From Actinomycetota bacterium (GTDB lineage Bacteria; Actinomycetota; Acidimicrobiia; Actinomarinales; Actinomarinaceae): a DNA stretch of 64,000 bases. The notes beneath the pieces are model-generated. The model was given only the letters and a program-made list of their open reading frames with translations. It was not told the DNA's origin and did not search any database. Shown piece after piece: positions 56,659 through 64,000 of this stretch (position 1 is the first letter of the stretch; each line of letters begins with the position of its first letter). A program made the position numbers and the translations under genes. Location of the stretch: NCBI GenBank assembly GCA_014239265.1, contig JAAZZH010000002.1, positions 49,554 to 113,553 of the forward strand, read 5' to 3'.

Positions 56659-57485
56659 ATGAAATATTCCTTGCCATTACGTACCCTCCAATCCCAATTA
56701 CACAGCTAGGGCCAGTGGCATTTTCACTGCACGGAGTATTTGCTGCAGTAGGATTTTATTTTGGATCTACATATGCCATCAAGTTGTGTGAAAAGGATGG
56801 ACATGATGAGCAGTTGTTTTCAGATGCGTTTACTTGGGCAATCTTTGGTGCAATTATTGGCGCTAGGTTTTTCACTATTCCCGCTCATATTGGAGATCCA
56901 GGTTACGGTTTAGATGATGTATTTTCTGTGGCCGGCAGCTATTCAATCATGGGAGGCATGTCCGGAGGTATCATTGCAGCGTATTTAAGAATTGTAATAA
57001 TAGGTAAAGCAGAATTTAATACTTATAGTGATTATGCTGCTCCAGCTTTAATTATGGGCATTGCAATTGGAAGAATAGGAGATCTTGCAATCGTAGAGCA
57101 TCTTGGTAGAGCAACTAATTTTGTTTTTGGATATGAGATTAAACCTGGTTATGACGTTGCCCCCCAGCACAATGCACTCGAGTGCGTAGCACCAGAAGTT
57201 TCATGTGGTACTTTTCATCATGTTGCCATGTATGATTTAATTCTTGCAACAATTTTCTTTTTCATATTTAGGTATTTACAAAAAAATCTAAATTTAGGAA
57301 GTGGTTCATGGATAGGTCTTTGGGCAATATGGTACGGGGTACAGCGAATGATACTAGACACTTTAAGATTTGGAATGGGTGACGCAACAATTGGTAACTT
57401 TACATGGAATCAAATCGGAGGAGCAACCCTGGCTACTATTGGATTGATTATCTTTTTAAGATTTAAGAATATTAGAACAGGCTGA
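56655..57485 (+). CDS. lgt: Prolipoprotein diacylglyceryl transferase
   Basis: MNEIF...FSLHGVFAAVGFYFG start and the GRIGD motif region. I prefer ATG 56655 (ATGA overlap with the ctaB stop) over ORF-track ATG 56631. Confidence 0.85.
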   Translation: MNEIFLAITYPPIPITQLGPVAFSLHGVFAAVGFYFGSTYAIKLCEKDGHDEQLFSDAFTWAIFGAIIGARFFTIPAHIGDPGYGLDDVFSVAGSYSIMGGMSGGIIAAYLRIVIIGKAEFNTYSDYAAPALIMGIAIGRIGDLAIVEHLGRATNFVFGYEIKPGYDVAPQHNALECVAPEVSCGTFHHVAMYDLILATIFFFIFRYLQKNLNLGSGSWIGLWAIWYGVQRMILDTLRFGMGDATIGNFTWNQIGGATLATIGLIIFLRFKNIRTG

Positions 57486-58395
57486 CTATAAACAAAGAAT
57501 AAGCCGCCAACATGGAATAACCCACCAATGGACTTCTTTTAATGGTACTCCTTGAAATTATAATTACTACTAAAGAGATAAAGTACATCATAAACATCTG
57601 AATAGTTACATCAGATTCTATGTTTCCTGGTTGAATTATTATAGAAGCACCTCCAACGAGCCCAATGTTAAATAAATTAGATCCAAAAATATTTCCAAAA
57701 ACTAAATCAGGTTTTTTCAATCTCGCAGCAGAAATAGTTCCAGCTACCTCAGGAAGACTGGTTCCGAGTGCTACCACTGTAACGCCAATAACTATTGATG
57801 AAATGCCAAATAGTTCAGCTAGTTGTATTGCATTATCAACAACCAATGAGCTTCCATATACTGTTGCAATTAGAGATAGCAATGCTTTTGGCCACACATT
57901 AGTAATAACCTCATCTAAATATTCCTCTTCGTCAATAGCTTCTTCATTTACCAATTTGTAAGTTATTGCACATACAAGTACTAACAATGTAACACCAAGA
58001 ACTAGCGGAAATTCATTGATCAACATGTAACTAGATACAAAAACTGTTGTAACAATCATCATCCAGAAGGATGAAGTAGGATTTAGCTTAATTTTTTTGT
58101 TGTAAGACTTATCGATAAAAAGATACAAAACAGCAACCACTAGTAGTGAATTCGCAATATTTGAACCGATTATATTTCCTATACCAAGTGATAAATTTCC
58201 ATTCAAAGCAGCGCCCGTACTTGCAAAAAGTTCAGGTGCTGAAGTGCCAAAACCAATAAAAGTTGCACCAATAATAGATTGGGGAATGTTAAGCTTTACC
58301 GCAATTTGAACAGCAGACTTAACCATTACATCAGCACCTTTTACTAAAAGGATGAAACCTACAGCAAGGCCAAGGAGAATAATTAAAATATCCAT
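57472..58395 (-). CDS. Sodium/calcium exchanger family protein (CaCA, YrbG-like)
   Basis: Two alpha-repeat motifs GFGTSAPELF and ALGTSLPEVA. About 10 TM helices. Confidence 0.8.
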   Translation of the reverse strand: MDILIILLGLAVGFILLVKGADVMVKSAVQIAVKLNIPQSIIGATFIGFGTSAPELFASTGAALNGNLSLGIGNIIGSNIANSLLVVAVLYLFIDKSYNKKIKLNPTSSFWMMIVTTVFVSSYMLINEFPLVLGVTLLVLVCAITYKLVNEEAIDEEEYLDEVITNVWPKALLSLIATVYGSSLVVDNAIQLAELFGISSIVIGVTVVALGTSLPEVAGTISAARLKKPDLVFGNIFGSNLFNIGLVGGASIIIQPGNIESDVTIQMFMMYFISLVVIIISRSTIKRSPLVGYSMLAAYSLFIVSLF

Positions 58396-58401
58396 TTATT
58401 T

Positions 58402-59220
58402 TTAATTCTTGGAGTCTCTCCAGGCTATCCACTCTTTAACGTCAGTTAAATCATATCCAGGACCATTTACCGCAAGAGTTACTTCTGTTGCTCCAGCTTC
58501 AATAAGTTCATCAGCCAAATCAATTCTTTTTATATCAATACCAATCGATCTCTTAATCTCTTTCGGGTCTCTACCGATTTCTTTACACCAATTATCTAGG
58601 ACTTTATTCTTATGAGCCACAGTTTCTATACCTGATCTTTCTTCAGTTTTTGTAGCAAAACCATGCCAGATATCAGCGTATTGAGCAGTGATTCTAAGGG
58701 TAACTTTTTCACCACCACCACCAATTAATATTGGTATTTTTCTTTTAGGCTGGGGGTTAAGCTCCTTCATTCTCTTAACAATTCTCTCAAGAGATCTTTC
58801 GAGTGCGTGAAGTCGGGAAATTGCAGTACCAAATTCATAACCGTATTCCTCATAATCTTGTTCAAACCACCCTGAACCAATACCCAATATTGCTCGTCCG
58901 TTCGAGATATGGTCGACAGTTCTTGCCATATCTGCAAGCAGTTCAGGATTTCTATAAGAGTTACAAGTTACAAGTGGCCCTATATCAACTTTACTTGTGA
59001 CCTCTCCCCAGCTAGATAGCATTGTCCAACATTCGAAGTGTTTTCCTTCTCTTCTTTCGCCTTCACCCCACTGAGTACCGTCTTCTTTGTAGAGAGGGTA
59101 GAAATGATCCCAATTATAAATAGCATCTGCTCCTATTTCCTCAGCCTCTATTGCAGCCTGTCTAATCTGATCATATTCAGCGTGCTGAGGTTGTAAAAAT
59201 ACGGCTATTCTAGGTTTCAT
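58402..59220 (-). CDS. Luciferase-like monooxygenase family oxidoreductase (probably F420-dependent)
   Basis: 272 aa TIM-barrel LLM-like sequence (GRAILGIGSGWFEQDYEEYGYEF). Cofactor assignment is an inference from the actinobacterial context. Confidence 0.6.
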   Translation of the reverse strand: MKPRIAVFLQPQHAEYDQIRQAAIEAEEIGADAIYNWDHFYPLYKEDGTQWGEGERREGKHFECWTMLSSWGEVTSKVDIGPLVTCNSYRNPELLADMARTVDHISNGRAILGIGSGWFEQDYEEYGYEFGTAISRLHALERSLERIVKRMKELNPQPKRKIPILIGGGGEKVTLRITAQYADIWHGFATKTEERSGIETVAHKNKVLDNWCKEIGRDPKEIKRSIGIDIKRIDLADELIEAGATEVTLAVNGPGYDLTDVKEWIAWRDSKN

Positions 59221-59241
59221 TTCTTATCTCCTATTCTTATA

Positions 59242-61779
59242 TTATTTTTCAAGGATACTTTCATCCAAAGTACTATTTATATGTATCACTAGATTCATAT
59301 TAGCTTCAAGCTTTTCTAATTTTTGCGCCATAAGTTTTTCTGCTGACGGTAAAGGATTCGCCATTATGAATGATCTTATATCATCGCCCAGCTCGCGGTC
59401 AAAAATTGCATCAAGACCAGAAAGTAATCTTGAAGCTGTCCATTCTGGCATAATTCCTAATAAACCTGAATAATTATCTTTAATCTCATTCCAAGAGTCT
59501 TTCCCTGTAACTTTATTTGCAATCATTGATGCCAAGATATACGGACAATCAGCCCCTCTTATTGTGCCATCTAGCATTGATTGAACAATGATTTTGCCAG
59601 CATTAGGGTCTCTAACTACTCCTAGAATTGCCCTATACCTTCCTTCAATCTGTGGTGATCCAGCATTTAAGAATTTCTCCAAAAATTGTTCAATTTTTAT
59701 TTCTGGATCTAGTGCAGAGATGTATAAAGTAGTGTTGTAGAGGCTGCCATCTTCAATATTTTCGATACTTCCATCTTTGAATTTACTACTATAGAAATCT
59801 ACAAAAGATTCTTCATTTTCTATTGTTCCTATTAATTTATTAACAGTCGCCCTTAACTCTTTGATTTCCATAGAGTCAGAATCTTTTATTTCTTTACCTA
59901 AATCATTTTTAATTGAATCAATAAGTTCATTGAAATAATTAACAAAAGATACATTACTATCATTTGGAAGGATTTTAGACAAAGAGGAAATTATTCCAGC
60001 TATATAAGCCCAAATATTAGGGTCTCTTTCTGACTTATAAATTGGCAAAAATTCTAAGAATTCATTAATTGAAAACTTTCCAATAGTTACTGATTTCCAA
60101 GTGTCCTCTAGAAGTCTATATTTTTCTAATGAATTAAGCTCATTAAAGTTTTCTTTTATCTTTGTAAATATTTCGGCATCATAAACAACATGATAAAAAG
60201 CCCAGCCACCATTATTAATAAAAGGTATTTCGCCCAATGCGTCTAATTCAATTGTTTTTGAGTTTTGTACAAGTGTATGAACTTTTCCTGTATCTAAAAA
60301 CCTGACATTAACAGGTATTTCCCAAAGTGAATCATCAGTTGAGCCATCGATCAAAAATTTTGACTGTTCCAGAATAAATTTACTACCTGATTTACTTACA
60401 TTAATAATTGGAAATCCTGGTTGCTTAATCCAGGTTGGCAACATTTTATTTAAAGGAAGTTTACTTGCTTCACTTAAAGATTCCCATAAATCTGAAGAAT
60501 GAGTGTTTTCAAATTTGTATTTGTTTAGATATTGCTGCACACCTTCTTGAAAAACCTCTTCTCCAACAAACATCTCAAACATCCTTAATACAGTCGACCC
60601 TTTTTCATATGTAAGAACATCAAACATTTCTTCAGCTTGTTCTGGAGTCTCTACTTCAAACTCAACAGGTCGAGAGTTTTTTAATGAGTCAACTCCAAAT
60701 CCTGCACTCCTAGAAAGGTTCATTTCACTCCACTGATCAAATTCGGGATAGGTTCCATTAGCTGCAATTGCTTCCATCAAACTTGCAAAAGCTTCATTAA
60801 GCCATATACCATCCCACCATTTCATCGTAACTAAATCTCCAAACCACATATGTGCAAGCTCGTGTGCAATAACACTTACGGACCTTGACAGTTCCTGGCG
60901 AGTAGCCTTGGACTCATCAATAAGAAGCAAGCTTTCACGAAAAGTTACAGCCCCTACATTTTCCATAGCTCCCATGGCAAAATCAGGTATAGCAATGAGA
61001 TCAAGCTTTGAACCGGGATAAGGTATTTGATAATAATTTTCAAAAAACTCTAAGATTTTCATACCAGCAGTACCAGCAAAACTAGTTTGATGAGAAAAAC
61101 CAGGTCTATGAATTATTCTTATTTGTGTATCACCAACGCTGCCTACCTCGGTAACCTCAAGTTCACCTATAACAAAAGCTACAAGATAGGTTGACATTTT
61201 CATTGAATCTACAAATAATGTTTCAACCCTACCGTCCTTTAATTTATTTTCTCTGAGCACTTTTTCATTAGATACCCTCAGGTACTTTTCGTCTGATGTC
61301 AAGGATATGGAAAATACTGCTTTATATTCAGGCTCATCCCAGCAGGGAAAAGCATTTCTTGCTGAAGTGGGTTCAAACTGAGTTGTGGCAATCCATTTTT
61401 CATTATCATTTAAATCTAAAAACTGGCTTTTATAAAATCCTTTTAAATCATTAGTAATAGTTGAATTGAATTCAAGCTGTAGTGAGTAGTTCCCAACAGG
61501 TATATTTTCACTTGCAGTAAAAGATATTCTCTCTAGGTCCTCCAAGTATTCAAAAGTAAGATCGAATTCTTTGCCATCTTCATTAAAAAGTAATGTGCTA
61601 ATTATTTCAATATCTATGGCGTTAACTTCAAAAGATTTAGTCTCTTTTATTATCTCAAGTTCAACATCTTGAGAACCAGTATATTTAAAATTGGATAAGT
61701 CGATGTCAAGTTTGACTTCGTAGCGTATAGGTTTTGCCACCTTTGGCAGTATTGCTTTATTCATTCTCTCTCCAATCAA
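59242..61779 (-). CDS. pepN: Aminopeptidase N (M1 family)
   Basis: GAMEN exopeptidase motif and HELAHMWFGD...E zinc motif. The start may be ATG 61764 rather than 61779 (overlap with gnd). Confidence 0.9.
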   Translation of the reverse strand: MIGERMNKAILPKVAKPIRYEVKLDIDLSNFKYTGSQDVELEIIKETKSFEVNAIDIEIISTLLFNEDGKEFDLTFEYLEDLERISFTASENIPVGNYSLQLEFNSTITNDLKGFYKSQFLDLNDNEKWIATTQFEPTSARNAFPCWDEPEYKAVFSISLTSDEKYLRVSNEKVLRENKLKDGRVETLFVDSMKMSTYLVAFVIGELEVTEVGSVGDTQIRIIHRPGFSHQTSFAGTAGMKILEFFENYYQIPYPGSKLDLIAIPDFAMGAMENVGAVTFRESLLLIDESKATRQELSRSVSVIAHELAHMWFGDLVTMKWWDGIWLNEAFASLMEAIAANGTYPEFDQWSEMNLSRSAGFGVDSLKNSRPVEFEVETPEQAEEMFDVLTYEKGSTVLRMFEMFVGEEVFQEGVQQYLNKYKFENTHSSDLWESLSEASKLPLNKMLPTWIKQPGFPIINVSKSGSKFILEQSKFLIDGSTDDSLWEIPVNVRFLDTGKVHTLVQNSKTIELDALGEIPFINNGGWAFYHVVYDAEIFTKIKENFNELNSLEKYRLLEDTWKSVTIGKFSINEFLEFLPIYKSERDPNIWAYIAGIISSLSKILPNDSNVSFVNYFNELIDSIKNDLGKEIKDSDSMEIKELRATVNKLIGTIENEESFVDFYSSKFKDGSIENIEDGSLYNTTLYISALDPEIKIEQFLEKFLNAGSPQIEGRYRAILGVVRDPNAGKIIVQSMLDGTIRGADCPYILASMIANKVTGKDSWNEIKDNYSGLLGIMPEWTASRLLSGLDAIFDRELGDDIRSFIMANPLPSAEKLMAQKLEKLEANMNLVIHINSTLDESILEK

Positions 61780-63148
61780 TGTGTATGTATTCTTCCGAAT
61801 CTAACAGCTGTACAGTATGGCTTCCAAAGTAATCTCTTTGTGCCTGAATTAAATTAGAAGGATTACTGCTAGAGCTTATGTTCAAATACCAATTTAGACT
61901 GGATGATAATACTGGTAGAGAAATATTATTTAACATTGAGCTACTAACTACATCTTTGACAACACTTAAGTTATCTTTCAACAGATTATGTAAAGATTCT
62001 GATTTTAAGAAATCTTCAGCTGTTTTGTCAATCTCCAATAACTCATCAAGCATCTGAGATCTAATAATGCATCCTCCACTCCAGTTATTAAAAATATCCG
62101 AATAGTTAATAGATAAACTGTTAACTTCACTGTATTTGTGAATTATTTTAAGCCCCTGAACCATTGCAGCTACTCTCCCAAAATAAAGAGCCTTACTGAG
62201 GTTTGATTCATTAATAATTTTATTAAATGAATGGTCGAGTTCTAACTTGGTATCTTCACTTTCATTAGTAGCTTTTTTCCAAGTATCACCAGCATTACTT
62301 TGGACTCTTGCATCGTAGGCAGCGTATATTGAGGGCGCTGAAATACCTAATTCGAATGAAGTTTCTATGGTTAGTTTTCCGGTTCCCTTATTGTTAGCAA
62401 AAGGTTTTATCAAATCTAAAGTAAAGACTTCACCATCTTTCTTTCTTAGTATTTCACTTGTGATTTCAATTAGATAGGACGATTGATTCATCCCTTTTAG
62501 GGATTCAAAAAACTCTGCAATTTCAATATTGCTATATTCAGCGTACTTTAAGAGATAGTAAGCCTCTGTAATTAACTGCATCTCTGCATATTCAATACCA
62601 TTGTGAACCATTTTTATAAAATGACCAGATCCGTGGCCTTTGTAAAACCCTATACAATCATTGGGTGCTTTTGCAGAAATTGCGCTCAGTAGTTCAACCA
62701 ATTCATCGCTGAGATTATTAGCTGAGCCTATCATGATAGCTGGTCCATGTCTGGCACCCTCTTCTCCACCAGAAACACCCATACCAATAAATTCGATGGA
62801 CTTTGATGAAAGAATATTTCCATGGTTTTCACTTTCTTGATAAAATGAATTGCCACCATCAATAATTACATCGCCCTCATCTAGTAGATTGGCAAGTTGG
62901 TTTATGACAGAGTGAGTAGGCTGTCCAGAGGGGATCATTAATAAGATGTTGCGGGGGCGTTCAAGATTATCTATGAGCTCTTCTAATTCTGTGAACCCAG
63001 AAAACATACCACTAAATTCTTCACTAATTGCATCTATTTTCTCCTGAGAGCCATTGAATGCTTTTACAAAAGTTCCCTTTTCAGCAATGTTAAGGGCGAT
63101 ATTTTTCCCCATAACACCAAGGCCAATCAAACCAATTTCACTTAACAT
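61757..63148 (-). CDS. gnd: 6-phosphogluconate dehydrogenase (decarboxylating)
   Basis: GLIGLGVMGKNIALN Rossmann motif, GHFIKMVHNGIEYAEMQLI signature. Confidence 0.9.
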   Translation of the reverse strand: MLSEIGLIGLGVMGKNIALNIAEKGTFVKAFNGSQEKIDAISEEFSGMFSGFTELEELIDNLERPRNILLMIPSGQPTHSVINQLANLLDEGDVIIDGGNSFYQESENHGNILSSKSIEFIGMGVSGGEEGARHGPAIMIGSANNLSDELVELLSAISAKAPNDCIGFYKGHGSGHFIKMVHNGIEYAEMQLITEAYYLLKYAEYSNIEIAEFFESLKGMNQSSYLIEITSEILRKKDGEVFTLDLIKPFANNKGTGKLTIETSFELGISAPSIYAAYDARVQSNAGDTWKKATNESEDTKLELDHSFNKIINESNLSKALYFGRVAAMVQGLKIIHKYSEVNSLSINYSDIFNNWSGGCIIRSQMLDELLEIDKTAEDFLKSESLHNLLKDNLSVVKDVVSSSMLNNISLPVLSSSLNWYLNISSSSNPSNLIQAQRDYFGSHTVQLLDSEEYIHIDWRENE

Positions 63149-64000
63149 TTTTTGATTCCTTCATAAGTTTCAAATCTAATAATTTGTGTATTAATTTACT
63201 TCTCATTCTTATTTCTAATAGTAATAAATCAGAACTATTTGTAACTTCTAAAATTTCACCGAATCTATTAACTTTTTCTAAATCTTTTGGCTCTACCAAA
63301 AAGGAATCTTGTTGAACCTCACCATATATTTCGCTCGAAATTCTTTCTACAAGTTTTTCGATTCCTGTATTTTTCAGAGAGGAGATAAAAAGTGCTTGAG
63401 GATACCTCTCAGTTAGGTCATTTAATGAAGCCCTGTCAAGCCTGTCTATTTTATTAAATACCATTATTTCATTTGCACTAACATTTATTTGTTCAAGAAT
63501 GTTTCTAACAGTACCTATGTGCATCTGAGGTATAGCAGTTGCTGCATCTACTACATGTATTAATAGGTCGGCACTAGTTGCTACTAAAAGGGTAGATTTA
63601 AAAGACTCTATTAAGGTTGTTGGAAGATTTTGTATAAAACCAACGGTATCTGACAAAATTAACGGTTCTTGTACATTTTTTATTGGAAGCTCTCTTTGTA
63701 GTGAATCCACAGTCGCAAATAGTTCGTCTGCTATGTAAGCCTCTGAATTTGTTAATGATCTTAATAATGTAGATTTACCGGCATTGGTATATCCAACGAT
63801 TGAGACTAAAGGTGTATTATTTTTTTCTCTAGAGCTAGCCTGAAGAACTCTTTGTTTTTCAATTTTTCTCAATTCTTTACGAAGCTTATTTATACGATTA
63901 TCAATTAATCTGCTGTCTGTTTCTAGCTTGGCCTCACCTGGCCCTCTAGTGCCGATACCGCCACCCTGTTGATTTAATGTTTTACCCAATCCTGCAAGCC
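63138..64000 (-). CDS. hflX: GTPase HflX, N-terminus outside the window
   Basis: GGGIGTRGPGEAKLETD motif, G1 GYTNAGKST, G4 NKID. The frame stays open to the window edge beyond the TTG the ORF track uses. Confidence 0.85.
   Translation of the reverse strand, partial: LAGLGKTLNQQGGGIGTRGPGEAKLETDSRLIDNRINKLRKELRKIEKQRVLQASSREKNNTPLVSIVGYTNAGKSTLLRSLTNSEAYIADELFATVDSLQRELPIKNVQEPLILSDTVGFIQNLPTTLIESFKSTLLVATSADLLIHVVDAATAIPQMHIGTVRNILEQINVSANEIMVFNKIDRLDRASLNDLTERYPQALFISSLKNTGIEKLVERISSEIYGEVQQDSFLVEPKDLEKVNRFGEILEVTNSSDLLLLEIRMRSKLIHKLLDLKLMKESKNVK

Overview
AT-rich (by eye about two-thirds A+T, not computed), very tightly packed chromosomal segment: about 66 protein genes, intergenic gaps mostly under 60 bp, many 1-11 nt gene overlaps. 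I recognised no rRNA, CRISPR, transposase, integrase or phage genes. Gene content points to a streamlined low-GC actinobacterium, possibly a marine Acidimicrobiia/Actinomarinales-like lineage (inference). The markers are a dnaK-grpE-dnaJ-hspR operon, ribosomal protein bS22, a PAC2-family protein, a luciferase-like (F420-type) oxidoreductase and a DUF3159-like protein. Housekeeping content: purA/purB, general amino-acid ABC transporter, proC, nadE, typA, aceA, gnd, pepN, hflX (partial), lnt, lgt, copZ-copA, and a caa3-type cytochrome oxidase cluster (ctaC-D-E-F-G, divergent ctaB). The main signals missed by the ORF track are two UGA-recoded selenoprotein genes: an unlisted 78-codon SelW/Rdx-family gene (6222..6458, C-V-V-U motif) that overlaps a TSUP transporter gene by 4 nt, and a selD whose true N-terminus (35461) contains an in-frame TGA at the catalytic loop. 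Other items worth follow-up: (1) two paralogous small Cys3-His proteins heading the copZ-copA and dnaK operons, each preceded by a strong palindrome (a perfect TGTGA-N6-TCACA site and a HAIR-like inverted repeat); (2) an Lnt homolog with the catalytic Cys replaced by Ser; (3) a tRNA-Phe-like gene with a defective 5' half, wedged between typA and the next ORF; (4) a lipoprotein combining cupredoxin, beta-helix and PLDc_N-like domains; (5) an unlisted bS22 gene. No defence system or mobile element could be supported.
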